Below are positions 1-9,778 of a stretch of DNA of 40,000 nt, piece after piece; positions within the stretch are counted from its first letter, which is position 1, and each line of letters opens with the position of its first letter. Location: assembly GCA_963737705.1 (NCBI GenBank), contig CAVTTP010000008.1, positions 15,632 through 55,631 on the forward strand. Reading direction: 5' to 3'. This DNA is from an uncultured Actinomycetes bacterium. Lineage in GTDB: Bacteria; Actinomycetota; Actinomycetes; Acidothermales; Acidothermaceae. A program made the position numbers and the translations under genes. The notes under the pieces were generated by a model. It made no database searches, was not told where the DNA came from, and saw nothing but the letters and a program-made list of their open reading frames with translations.

Positions 1-1476
1 CGCGACGGAACTCAGGTATCGGTGAGCGCTTCGGCGCTGGCGCGAGTCGCGGCGTCACGGGCGCACATCGAGGCACTCGCGGAGTCGGGCGAGCCCGTGT
101 ACGGCGTCTCCACCGGATTTGGCGCATTAGCGACGAGGCACATCGCGCCTGATCTGCGCGCGCAGCTGCAGCGCTCGCTGGTGCGCTCGCACGCGGCCGG
201 GAGCGGCGCCGAAGTCGAGCGCGAAGTTGTCCGGGCGATGATGCTGCTGCGCCTCGCGACACTGGCGACCGGACGCACCGGGGTCCGCCCGTTGATCGTT
301 GAGGGCTACGCCGCGATGTTGAACGCAGGGATTACGCCGGTGGTGCACGAGTTTGGGTCACTTGGGTGTTCCGGCGACTTGGCCCCACTCGCGCACTGCG
401 CACTGGCACTGATGGGCGAGGGCTCGGTGCGCGATGTCTCCGGCACGTTGGTGCCCGCCTCCTCGGCTCTGTCGGCCGCCGGCATCGAGCCAGTCGTGCT
501 GAGCGCGAAGGAAGGTCTCGCGCTCATCAATGGCACCGACGGAATGCTCGGCATGTTGCTGTTGGCATGTCACGACCTCTCGACATTGGCCAAGAGTGCT
601 GACATCGCGGCCGCGATGAGCGTCGAGGCGATTCTCGGCACCGATGCGGTTTTCGCGGCCGACCTGCAGGCGTTGCGGCCGCATCCCGGCCAAGCCGCGT
701 CGGCCGCGAACCTTCGTGCCTTGCTGGCAGGCTCGCCGATCGTCGAGTCCCATCGCATTGACTGCACGCTGGTTCAGGACGCCTATTCGCTTCGTTGTGC
801 GCCGCAGGTCGCTGGCGCGTTCCGCGACACGCTCGCGCACGCACTTACCGTCGCAGGCCGTGAGCTGGCAAGTGCGATCGACAACCCCGTGGTGCTGCCC
901 GACGGCCGGGTCGAGTCGAACGGAAACTTCCACGGCGCGCCGCTTGGCTACGTCCTGGACTTTCTTGCCATCGCGGCCGCCGACCTCGCGTCGATGTCTG
1001 AGCGGCGCAGCGATCGCCTGCTCGATGTCGCGCGCTCGCACGGGCTTCCCGCGTTCCTCGCGGTCGATCCCGGCGTCGACTCGGGGCACATGATCGCGCA
1101 ATACACGCAGGCAGCGATCGTCAGCGAAATGAAGAGGCTCGCGGTACCGGCGAGCGTCGACTCGATCCCGTCGTCAGCGATGCAGGAGGATCACGTCTCG
1201 ATGGGCTGGTCAGCCGCTCGCAAGCTGCTGCGGGCTGTCGACGGGTTGACTCGCGTTCTCGCGATCGAGATTCTCACTGCCGCACGGGCATTGGACTTGC
1301 GTGCGCCACTGCTGCCTGCACCCGGTACCGCCGCCGTGGTTGCGGCGTTGCGTACGCGAGTTGCAGGGCCGGACGTCGATCGGTGGCTGTCGCCGGAGAT
1401 CGAAGCCGCAGTCGAGTTGACTCGTGCAGGAAGCTTCGTGGACGCCGCCGAGTCCGTGATCGGAGAGATGTTGTGA
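1..1476 (+). CDS. hutH: Histidine ammonia-lyase, 5' end cut by window edge
   Basis: Track ORF 22..1476 stays open to nt 1 in the same frame. HAL/PAL-family sequence throughout, with MIO-region motif [14 protein letters not shown]. The stop overlaps the hutU start (GTGA). Confidence 0.93.
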   Translation, partial: RDGTQVSVSASALARVAASRAHIEALAESGEPVYGVSTGFGALATRHIAPDLRAQLQRSLVRSHAAGSGAEVEREVVRAMMLLRLATLATGRTGVRPLIVEGYAAMLNAGITPVVHEFGSLGCSGDLAPLAHCALALMGEGSVRDVSGTLVPASSALSAAGIEPVVLSAKEGLALINGTDGMLGMLLLACHDLSTLAKSADIAAAMSVEAILGTDAVFAADLQALRPHPGQAASAANLRALLAGSPIVESHRIDCTLVQDAYSLRCAPQVAGAFRDTLAHALTVAGRELASAIDNPVVLPDGRVESNGNFHGAPLGYVLDFLAIAAADLASMSERRSDRLLDVARSHGLPAFLAVDPGVDSGHMIAQYTQAAIVSEMKRLAVPASVDSIPSSAMQEDHVSMGWSAARKLLRAVDGLTRVLAIEILTAARALDLRAPLLPAPGTAAVVAALRTRVAGPDVDRWLSPEIEAAVELTRAGSFVDAAESVIGEML

Positions 1477-3152
1477 GCGGACCTCGCCCGGTGCGGGCCC
1501 CCCGCGGCACCACCTTGTCGTGTCTGGGTTGGCCGCAGGAAGCCGCGATGCGGATGCTGATGAACAATCTCGACCCGGCCGTCGCTGAACGCCCCGACGA
1601 TCTCGTCGTCTACGGCGGTACCGGGAAGGCTGCTCGGGACTGGAATTCGTTCGACGCAATCGTGCGCACGCTCCAGACCTTGAAGGACGACGAGACGATG
1701 CTCGTGCAGTCGGGCCGACCTGTCGGCGTGATGCGCACGCACGAATGGGCGCCGCGAGTGCTGATCGCGAATTCCAACCTTGTTGGTGATTGGGCAACGT
1801 GGCCGGAGTTCCGGCGGCTCGAGCATCTTGGGCTCACGATGTACGGCCAGATGACAGCTGGTTCGTGGATCTACATCGGTACGCAAGGGATTTTGCAAGG
1901 CACCTACGAGACCTTTGCTGCGGTTGCTGCGAAAAGATTCGCGGGCACGCTCGCTCGCACGTTGACCTTGACTGGCGGCTGCGGCGGAATGGGCGGTGCG
2001 CAACCCCTCGCGGTCACGATGAACGGCGGTGCGGTGATCGTCGTCGACGTCGAGCCGGCGCGGCTGGAGCGGCGCGTTCAGCAGCGCTATCTCGACGAAT
2101 GGACTGACGACATCGATGTGGCGCTCACGCGCGCATTGTCCGCGAAGGCTGATGGGCGCGCGCTGTCGGTCGGGCTCGTCGGCAACTGCGCCTCCGTTTT
2201 TCCTGAGTTGCTGCGGCGCGGGGTCCCGGTCGACATCGTGACCGATCAGACCTCGGCGCATGACCCGCTGTCGTACCTGCCCGACGGCGTCGACCTGGCC
2301 GATTGGCACGACTACGCGGAAGCCAAGCCGGAGGAGTTCACCGACCGCGCTCGTACATCGATGGCGAAGCAGGTCGAAGCGATGGTCGGCTTCATGGATG
2401 CCGGGGCGGAGGTCTTCGACTACGGCAACTCCATCCGCGGCGAGGCCCAGCTCGCCGGCTATGAACGCGCATTCGCATTTCCTGGATTCGTGCCGGCCTA
2501 CATCCGCCCACTGTTTTGCGAAGGCAAAGGACCGTTTCGATGGGCTGCACTCTCGGGCGACCCAGCCGACATTGCGGTTACGGATCGGGCGGTCCTTGAC
2601 CTGTTCCCCGATAACGAGCCGCTCGAGCGTTGGATTCGATCGGCTCAGGAGAAGGTCGCTTTCCAGGGTTTGCCCGCGCGCATCTGCTGGCTCGGTTACG
2701 GCGAACGCCATCTCGCCGGGCTGCGCTTCAACGAGCTGGTTTCCCGCGGAGACATCAGTGCGCCGATCGTGATCGGGCGCGACCACCTCGATGCGGGATC
2801 GGTCGCCTCGCCGTACCGCGAGACCGAAGCGATGGCAGACGGATCCGACGCGATCGCCGACTGGCCCCTGCTGAACGCGCTGGTAAACACCGCATCAGGC
2901 GCGTCATGGGTCTCGATCCACCACGGTGGTGGTGTCGGTATCGGCCGCTCCATTCATGCAGGGCAAGTCAGTGTTGCCGACGGCACGCCGTTGGCCGCTC
3001 AGAAACTCGAGCGAGTGCTGACGAACGACCCTGGGATGGGCGTCATCCGGCACGTCGATGCCGGCTACGACCTCGCGAGCGGAGTTGCGGTGCAACGCGG
3101 CGTCCGGATCCCTATGCACGAGGGGCTAACGCACGAATCCGCAGTCGAGTGA
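1473..3152 (+). CDS. hutU: Urocanate hydratase
   Basis: Track ORF 1383..3152. The in-frame GTG at 1473 overlaps the hutH stop and gives the N-terminus [35 protein letters not shown], typical of urocanase. Resulting length is 559 aa. The upstream ORF extension overlaps hutH. Confidence 0.95.
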   Translation: MSGPRPVRAPRGTTLSCLGWPQEAAMRMLMNNLDPAVAERPDDLVVYGGTGKAARDWNSFDAIVRTLQTLKDDETMLVQSGRPVGVMRTHEWAPRVLIANSNLVGDWATWPEFRRLEHLGLTMYGQMTAGSWIYIGTQGILQGTYETFAAVAAKRFAGTLARTLTLTGGCGGMGGAQPLAVTMNGGAVIVVDVEPARLERRVQQRYLDEWTDDIDVALTRALSAKADGRALSVGLVGNCASVFPELLRRGVPVDIVTDQTSAHDPLSYLPDGVDLADWHDYAEAKPEEFTDRARTSMAKQVEAMVGFMDAGAEVFDYGNSIRGEAQLAGYERAFAFPGFVPAYIRPLFCEGKGPFRWAALSGDPADIAVTDRAVLDLFPDNEPLERWIRSAQEKVAFQGLPARICWLGYGERHLAGLRFNELVSRGDISAPIVIGRDHLDAGSVASPYRETEAMADGSDAIADWPLLNALVNTASGASWVSIHHGGGVGIGRSIHAGQVSVADGTPLAAQKLERVLTNDPGMGVIRHVDAGYDLASGVAVQRGVRIPMHEGLTHESAVE

Positions 3153-3160
3153 ACGTCCCT

Positions 3161-3235
3161 ATCTCAGGGGACCCGATTTCACGGGACGCGATCTCAGGGG
3201 ATTCGGTCTCAGGGGATTCTTCTCTGTGGATGCGG
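3161..3235. repeat. Imperfect tandem repeat, 15-nt period, about 4.5 copies (ATCTCAGGGGAyyCG-like)
   Basis: Read directly: atctcaggggacccg / atttcacgggacgcg / atctcaggggattcg / gtctcaggggattct / tctctgtggatgcgg. It fills the hutU-M20 spacer. Confidence 0.85.
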
Positions 3236-3269
3236 CGGTAGCCGACATCGGGACCGGCTCTGGTCGGAG

Positions 3270-4508
3270 TTGTTGCCCATTGGTGTTTCGTCCGCTGGCG
3301 GCTATCGCAGGTTCGCCTGGAACGACGCCGATCTTCTGGCGCGGTCGTGGTTCGTCTCCGTGGCTCGGGCCCGCGATCTCGACGTACACACCGACCGCAA
3401 CGGCAATCTGTGGGCGTGGTGGTTGCCGAGTGGCTGGTCAGCTGAGCCGCGCGAGGCATTCGTCAGCGGGTCGCACCTCGACTCGGTACCCGACGGCGGT
3501 GCGTTCGACGGTCCGCTCGGCGTCGTCGCAGCGTTGTGCGCGATCGACCTGCTTCGCAATCGCGGAGTGCAGCCATTGCGTCCGATTGCTGTTGTCGTGT
3601 TCGCCGACGAGGAGGGTGCGCGTTTCGGCGTCGCCTGCGCCGGGTCGCGGCTACTCACGGGTGCGCTGAAGCCGGAGGCCGCTCGTGCACTAACAGATGT
3701 CGACGGCGTGAGTCTCGATGACGCGATGCGTCGTGCTGGCATCGACACCGCACACCTTGGCCGTGACGACGACCTCCTTCGCAGGGTGGGTGTCTTCGTT
3801 GAGCTGCATATCGAGCAGGGCAGGGCACTGGTCGATCTCGACGCACCAGTGGGGATCGGCACCGGCATCTGGCCACACGGCCGCTGGCGTTTCGCTTTCG
3901 AAGGCGAGGCAAACCACGCGGGCACGACGCGAATGGTCGACAGGCGTGACCCGATGCTGCCGTTCGCGTCTGCAGTTCTTGCAGCCCGGAAGATCGCAAA
4001 TGAGCAGGGTGGGGTCGCAACGTTCGGCCGCGTGAAGGTCGAGCCGAACGGCACGAACGCCGTCGCTTCGAAGGTCACCGCTTGGCTGGACGCGCGGGGA
4101 CCCAAACAAGACATCGTCGATGAGATTGTTGCGGGAGTCTCGAAGGCTGCGAAAGTGCGGGCACATGATGAGCTCATGACGGTGAGCGTGACGGCCGAAT
4201 CCGTGTCGGCACTCGTCACATTTTCTGCCGACGTGAACGAGCGACTACATCAGGTGCTCGACTCGGCGGCTGGCGTCGGCCCGGAGCCTGGCGTCGGTGT
4301 AATGCCCGATCTCGGCACGGGCGCCGGACACGACGCGGGGGTGCTGTCTTCAGTGGTCCCGACCGCGATGCTGTTCGTGCGTAACCCGACCGGCGTCTCA
4401 CATTCGCCAGCGGAGTTCGCCGAGCGCGCCGACTGCCTTGCGGGCGTCGAAGCGCTCGCGGCCGTGATGGCCGATTGGGTCAGTACGCCGCCGGTCGAGG
4501 CGAGCTGA
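3270..4508 (+). CDS. M20-family amidohydrolase (allantoate amidohydrolase / N-carbamoyl-L-amino-acid hydrolase type); start codon uncertain
   Basis: 412-aa ORF with family-typical GGYRRFAW, SGSHLDSVPDGGAFDGPLG, EEGARFG and HAG motifs. The first canonical start is TTG 3270, but conserved-looking residues DRLWSEL lie upstream of it in the same frame. Confidence 0.85.
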   Translation: MLPIGVSSAGGYRRFAWNDADLLARSWFVSVARARDLDVHTDRNGNLWAWWLPSGWSAEPREAFVSGSHLDSVPDGGAFDGPLGVVAALCAIDLLRNRGVQPLRPIAVVVFADEEGARFGVACAGSRLLTGALKPEAARALTDVDGVSLDDAMRRAGIDTAHLGRDDDLLRRVGVFVELHIEQGRALVDLDAPVGIGTGIWPHGRWRFAFEGEANHAGTTRMVDRRDPMLPFASAVLAARKIANEQGGVATFGRVKVEPNGTNAVASKVTAWLDARGPKQDIVDEIVAGVSKAAKVRAHDELMTVSVTAESVSALVTFSADVNERLHQVLDSAAGVGPEPGVGVMPDLGTGAGHDAGVLSSVVPTAMLFVRNPTGVSHSPAEFAERADCLAGVEALAAVMADWVSTPPVEAS

Positions 4509-4510
4509 CT

Positions 4511-5836
4511 ATGCCGTCGTGGTGGTGTGAGAATGCATGGCTGCCGCCGGGGCGGGTGGTCTCGGGCGTGCTGGTCACTGTCGACGATGGTCGGATCACG
4601 GGGATCGAAGAGAGCGTCGATACTCCGTCAACCGCGCAACGGTTGACCGGCCTCGTGATTCCAGGCCTTGCGAACACGCACTCCCACGCATTCCATCGCG
4701 CGTTGCGTGGTCGTGCACAGTCCAGGCGAGGGGATTTCTGGACCTGGCGCGACCAGATGTATGCCGTGGCGGATCGACTTGATCCGGAGAACTACCTCGC
4801 GCTCGCGCAGGCCACTTACGCGGAGATGGCATTGGCTGGCGTCACCTGCGTCGGCGAGTTCCACTACGTGCACCATCAGGCTGGCGGCGTGTCCTACGCC
4901 GACCCAAACGTCATGGGTGTCGCGCTGATCGAAGCGGCAGCCCAAGTGGGCATCCGATTGACGTTGCTTGATGCCTGTTACTTAGCAGGCGGAATAGGCG
5001 AACCGGTGCAGCCGTCCCAGCAACGCTTCAGTGATGGCGACGCGGCCGCGTGGGCGGCGCGCGTCGGCGAGCTTCATGAGGCTGCACATGTGCGCGTGGG
5101 CGCGGCTATTCACTCGGTGCGCGCGGTGCCGCCGGATCAACTTGGCGCAGTTGCTGACTGGGCGCGCACCCGCGCCGTCCCGCTTCATTTTCATCTGTCT
5201 GAACAGCGCGCAGAAAACGATGCGTGTTTTGAACGCTACGGCGTTACTCCGACGCGACTGCTTGCCGACGCCGGCGCGTTGGGAGCGGCATCGGTCGCCG
5301 TGCACGCTACGCATCTGACCGCCGACGACATCGCGCTACTTGCGTCGACCGCGACGGGAGTCTGTCTATGCCCGACGACCGAACGCGATCTTGCTGACGG
5401 AATCGGCCCAGCGGGCGCTCTCGCGGCCGCCGGTGTCGCGCTCTCCGTTGGTTCTGATGGGCAGGCGGTGATCGACCTATTCGAGGAGGCTCGGGGAATC
5501 GAACTCGACGAGCGGTTGGCTACTGGCTCACGCGGTACTTTCGCTGCAGGCGATTTGCTCGATTCGATGACAGTTGCTGGGCATCGCGCATTGGGCTGGC
5601 CGGATGCCGGACAGCTGGCCGTCGGCAGGCGGGCGGATCTTGTGGCGGTCGACCTGGGGTCGCCTCGAACCGCCGGCGGCGGGGCAACGGCGGAGTCGAT
5701 TGTGTTCGCTGCATCGACACCCGATGTCACCGACGTGGTCGTGGACGGAAACGTTGTGGTGAAGGACCGTCAGCACGTTCGTGTGGGTGACGTCGGTGCT
5801 GCGCTGCAGTCGGCGATCGCCGCGGTGGTCCGATGA
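4511..5836 (+). CDS. hutF: Formimidoylglutamate deiminase
   Basis: ATG 4511 ([12 protein letters not shown]) lies 3 nt after the upstream stop, within track ORF 4475..5836. Amidohydrolase HxH motif NTHSHAFHR. Located in the hut operon. Confidence 0.9.
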   Translation: MPSWWCENAWLPPGRVVSGVLVTVDDGRITGIEESVDTPSTAQRLTGLVIPGLANTHSHAFHRALRGRAQSRRGDFWTWRDQMYAVADRLDPENYLALAQATYAEMALAGVTCVGEFHYVHHQAGGVSYADPNVMGVALIEAAAQVGIRLTLLDACYLAGGIGEPVQPSQQRFSDGDAAAWAARVGELHEAAHVRVGAAIHSVRAVPPDQLGAVADWARTRAVPLHFHLSEQRAENDACFERYGVTPTRLLADAGALGAASVAVHATHLTADDIALLASTATGVCLCPTTERDLADGIGPAGALAAAGVALSVGSDGQAVIDLFEEARGIELDERLATGSRGTFAAGDLLDSMTVAGHRALGWPDAGQLAVGRRADLVAVDLGSPRTAGGGATAESIVFAASTPDVTDVVVDGNVVVKDRQHVRVGDVGAALQSAIAAVVR

Positions 5837-6996
5837 CCACAACGCTCGTCGACAACATCGGATTGCTGGTTACCAACGATCCAAGTAATGGCGACGGGTC
5901 GGTGCTCGGGATCGTTCGTGATGCGGCCATGGTCATCGAGGCCGAGCGGGTGGCATGGGTTGGCCGCCGAGCACATGCCCCCTCTGCCGATACTCGCGTC
6001 GACCTCGATCGTCAGACGGTGGTGCCCGGCTTCGTCGACAGTCATAGCCATCTGATCTTTGCTTCTGACCGTGCCGATGAGTTCGCCTCGCGAATGGCCG
6101 GAACCCCTTACACGGCAGGCGGCATCGCGGCGACCCTGATTGCGACACGCGAGGCGAGCGACCAGACACTCCGCTCGAACGCTTCGCGGCTGCTCGCCGA
6201 GATGGTTGCGTCCGGCACGACGACCGTCGAGATCAAGAGCGGATACGGCCTCACGACGGACGACGAGGCGCGCGGTCTGGCGATCGCGCAATCGTTGACG
6301 GCCGAGTCGACATTCCTTGGTGCACACGTCGTGCCGATCGAGTACCAGGGCCGCCGGGACGACTACGTCTCGCTCGTTGCAGGTCCGATGCTCGATGCGT
6401 GCGCCCCTGGCACTCGATGGATCGACGTATTTTGCGATCGCGGAGCATTCTCCGTCGACGAGGCGCGGTTGATTCTGCAGGCAGGCATCGCTCGCGGCTT
6501 GTTGCCTCGCCTGCATGCACATCAGCTAGAGCGAACGGGTGCGGTGCAACTCGGCGTCGAGCTTGACGCGGCCTCGGTTGACCACTGCAATCACATGAGC
6601 AATGCGGACGTCGATGCGCTCGCCGGATCTGCCACTGTCGCCACCGTGCTGCCGGGCGCCGACTTCTCGACTCGCAACGTGTATGCGGATGCGCGACGAA
6701 TGATCGATGCGGGTGTTGTCGTTGCGTTGGCGACGGATTGCAACCCTGGGTCTTCGTACACGACAAGCATGCCCTTCTGTATCGCTGTCGCTGTTCGTGA
6801 CATGCACCTGACGCCAGCAGAGGCATTGTGGGCGGCGACTGCGGCCGGTGCACGTGCCTTGCGTCGTGATGACATCGGCGTTCTGTCCGTGGGTAAGCGG
6901 GCCGACTTTGCCGTAATTGCAGCGCCGTCCTACGTGCACCTCGCCTACCGACCAGGAGTAGCGCTCGTTACGGCGACGTGGAAGTCGACTACATAG
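5833..6996 (+). CDS. hutI: Imidazolonepropionase
   Basis: 387-aa ORF with an ATGA overlap with hutF. Contains the DSHSHLIF metal-binding motif and HutI-like sequence throughout. Confidence 0.93.
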   Translation: MTTTLVDNIGLLVTNDPSNGDGSVLGIVRDAAMVIEAERVAWVGRRAHAPSADTRVDLDRQTVVPGFVDSHSHLIFASDRADEFASRMAGTPYTAGGIAATLIATREASDQTLRSNASRLLAEMVASGTTTVEIKSGYGLTTDDEARGLAIAQSLTAESTFLGAHVVPIEYQGRRDDYVSLVAGPMLDACAPGTRWIDVFCDRGAFSVDEARLILQAGIARGLLPRLHAHQLERTGAVQLGVELDAASVDHCNHMSNADVDALAGSATVATVLPGADFSTRNVYADARRMIDAGVVVALATDCNPGSSYTTSMPFCIAVAVRDMHLTPAEALWAATAAGARALRRDDIGVLSVGKRADFAVIAAPSYVHLAYRPGVALVTATWKSTT

Positions 6997-7117
6997 CTCG
7001 AAGCGTGCGCGCAGATCGTTGGATTCATGTTGTGCACAGGCTTGCGAGTTCGTACACAGATTCCGGGGCTCGGTCGTGCGGGCGGAAAGTGTCAGTGGTC
7101 GTTTGTAGCTTCGTGGC

Positions 7118-8493
7118 ATGTTGATCGCAGAGGTCGATGTCGATCTCGATGTTGATGCCCATGTTGATGCCGTTGGCCGCGCTGTCGCGTTGTCGTTGTT
7201 GTCCGATGCTGCGCCCGCCTGGTCTTTGCAGGATTTGCTTGACTTCGATCCAGGGCTTTTCGCGGTCAGCTGCTTATCGCACCTCGAGATTGACACCCTC
7301 GACGAACAATCAGCGTCGGTGGCGTTGGAGTTGGTTGAGCGCCAGCAGGCGTGGCTGGCCGAGTTGGGCGTGCGGCTGACCGCGCGGGTCGCGGGTCCGA
7401 CGCCACCGCCCCTGACCCGACGAGATGGATCCGTTGGGCCGCGAGCAGCATCGACGGCGGGGTGAACCTTGTCGCGGCGACGTTGGGGATGACCAGCGGC
7501 GGCGCTCAGGCCCGGGTCGATACGGCCAGGGCGATCACCGAGACGCTGCCCAAGTGCCAACTGGCCATGGCCGCCGGGTTCATGGGGTATTGGCATGCAC
7601 GTGTCGTCGCCCAAGCAGTGGCGGAGGCCGGCCTCGACCCGGCGGGCATCGCCGCAGTGGATGCGCGGGTCGCCTCCACGGTCAAGGGTCAAAGTTGGGC
7701 AGCGTTTCGGCGCACGCTACGTCGCGCCGTGCTGGCCGCGAACCCGGACCTTGTACTCGCCGAACACACGCAGGCGATGCGCGGGCGCCGAGTCGACAAG
7801 TTCGACCTGCTCGACGCGGTGATGACCGAACTCCTTGTGACGCTCTCGTCCGTCGACGCTCAAACCGTGTTGCTTGGCCTGGACGTGACCGCGACGCAGT
7901 TGAAGGCCGCCGCCCAAAAGGCCGGCCTACCCGACGAGGGCATCGACGCGTACCGGTCGGACGCTTTGGTGGTCTGGGCGAACAACGCGCTGGCCGATCC
8001 GAACGCACCCCGCAGGCACGGCCGCCGCCAACAAGTCCAGTTCATCACCGACCTGCCGTCCCTGCTCGGGCTGGCCGAAAATCCTGCCGAACTCCTCGGC
8101 TACGGCCCGATCCCCGCCGCCCTCGTGCGCGACCGGGCCGCGGAAGCGGACTGGCGGCGAATGATCGCCGAGCCGGTCACCGGGTTTCTGCTCGACTACG
8201 GCACCGCCATCTACCGGCCGCCCGCGGAACTTGCCGACTATGTGATGGCCCGCGACCGGCGCTGCCGCTTTCCCGGCTGCAACGCCCGAGCCACCGTATG
8301 CGACATCGACCACAACATTCCCGCCCCACGCGGCGACACCTCCGCAGCCAACTGCTGCTGCCTATGCCGAAGACACCACCGACTCAAAACCTTCAGCGGC
8401 TGGACAGTGCAACTCAAACCCGACGGGAGTTGCCTATGGACATCACCCGGTGGCCGCCAATTCGACTCTGACCCACCACCTCAACTCGACTGA
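7118..8493 (+). pseudogene. DUF222-family HNH endonuclease (REP13E12-like), apparently split by a frameshift near 7390-7460
   Basis: The DUF222-like N-terminal part is in ORF 7118..7465 (..LELVERQQAWLAELGVRLTARVAGP..). The remainder is in overlapping ORF 7351..8493 in another frame (..AATLGMTSGGAQARVDTARAI.. to the HNH/Zn-ribbon motif RCRFPGCNARATVCDIDHNIP..CLCRRHHRLKT). Confidence 0.6.
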
Positions 8494-8504
8494 AGTTGTC
8501 GGGA

Positions 8505-9626
8505 CTAGTGCGTCGAATCCGAGAGCTCGAGCTGCCATTCACGCCAGCGTTCGACGGGTCGGAAACCGATGGCCTCGTTGATGCCAACCATGTGGTCATT
8601 GATGGCTGCGTTCCAAGTGTTGAGCGACCGGACGTGCGGTCGGCTGGTTCGCAAGTATGCAAGATTGGCAATCTTCACCAGCATGCCGAGCCGGTGTCCG
8701 CGATGCGATGGCAGCACGATCGTCGCCCACTGGTATGCGATGTCGGGCTGTGCCGAGGTCACGCCAATGTCGGTCAGCGCGACGATCTGACCCGACGCAT
8801 CGTGACGCGCGACGGTGCACAGGCACACTTGCCCGTTGGCGATTACGCGCTGCTCGCGCTCGCGGTATCGCTGCGGGGTCCACTGTTCCGGTTCCCAGTC
8901 GAGGTCCTCCAGCGGCGCGTCGATCGTCATGCGCGAATGCAATACCGCGAGGTCGTCAAGGAACTCTGCGGGCGCTGGACCCTCCCACTGGACCAGCGAG
9001 TAGTCCGCCGAATGTGCAACGGCATCCTCGTTCAGGCCGGTCAGCTTGACGTCGTCGATGTCGCTGATTCGCAACAGTCGCCGTACTTCCGACGTCACGG
9101 GCCGGGCGCCGACCTGCGTAGCGAAAAGTACACCGGGCGGCGGTGCGGGGTGGGCGTCGCCAGATTCGTTGGATCGCATTGGTTCGCAGACTTCGCCGAT
9201 CAACCGTGTGCGGGCATGTGCGCGCGCACGCGCGGTCAGGTGCTCCAGCATCGCGGTGCCGAAGCCTTGCCGGCGATACGTGGGACGAGTGGCCACGTGG
9301 ACGACAGCGTTATCGGTGTTGTCGAGCAGTGGCAGGCGCATCTCACCCAGGACGACGGGTGTACTCGTGCTTCTAGGTTCTGTGACGAGGAAGCCGAGCC
9401 ACAACTCATAGCGGTCGTCACTTCGAGCCGACTCGACCCGTTCATAGATCTCTTGCACCGGATCGGCCGGCATCTCGTAGTAATCGGCCTCGAAATGCTC
9501 CTGCGCGATCTCGTGCCATCGGTCCGCCGCTTCACGGCTGGTCACCTGCTCGATGACGAGTGTGCCCGCCATCGAGCTGGCGTCGTGCACTTCTCGCCCT
9601 CGGTCGTCGGCAACTCCAGTTCTCAT
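8505..9626 (-). CDS. GNAT-family N-acetyltransferase with two tandem GNAT domains
   Basis: 373-aa ORF containing two acetyl-CoA-binding-type motifs (RRQGFGTAML and HRGHRLGMLV). An alternative start is the ATG at 9572 (MAGTLVIEQV). Confidence 0.8.
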   Translation of the reverse strand: MRTGVADDRGREVHDASSMAGTLVIEQVTSREAADRWHEIAQEHFEADYYEMPADPVQEIYERVESARSDDRYELWLGFLVTEPRSTSTPVVLGEMRLPLLDNTDNAVVHVATRPTYRRQGFGTAMLEHLTARARAHARTRLIGEVCEPMRSNESGDAHPAPPPGVLFATQVGARPVTSEVRRLLRISDIDDVKLTGLNEDAVAHSADYSLVQWEGPAPAEFLDDLAVLHSRMTIDAPLEDLDWEPEQWTPQRYREREQRVIANGQVCLCTVARHDASGQIVALTDIGVTSAQPDIAYQWATIVLPSHRGHRLGMLVKIANLAYLRTSRPHVRSLNTWNAAINDHMVGINEAIGFRPVERWREWQLELSDSTH

Positions 9627-9778
9627 GCATCGTCTCTAGCAGGCGCCGGGTGGCACGGGCGACTGGGTTTTCGTGGTGGGAACGGATCCGTTGGGAATCG
9701 CAGTGCCCGGAATGTCGGCGCGTTGGATACGTTGAAGGTGGCTAGTACGCACCATCGAGCGAGACGGGACATCCACAG

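Noticed and set aside
1191-2786. 531-aa antisense ORF opposite hutH/hutU
   Set aside because: It is an Arg/Pro/Ala-rich translation with no family resemblance, and it fully overlaps two genes with strong homology-type motifs. This is the typical shadow ORF of a high-GC genome.
3150-3152. hutU TGA as selenocysteine or a programmed read-through codon producing a HutU-M20 fusion
   Set aside because: I saw no SECIS-like hairpin immediately downstream. A shared frame has a one-in-three chance expectation, and a stop-free 39-codon stretch is common in high-GC DNA. It is kept only as a minor alternative in the junction finding.
3161-3235. Possible CRISPR or mini-array (also considered for the 14-nt repeats at 18527-18568 and the 20-nt repeats at 15161-15199)
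   Set aside because: The units are directly adjacent with no spacers, are far shorter than CRISPR repeats, and no cas genes are nearby. They are simple tandem repeats.
9651-9667. Sigma-54-like TGGCACG element
   Set aside because: The -12 element (TTGCW at the proper spacing) is missing, and Actinomycetota generally lack sigma-54.
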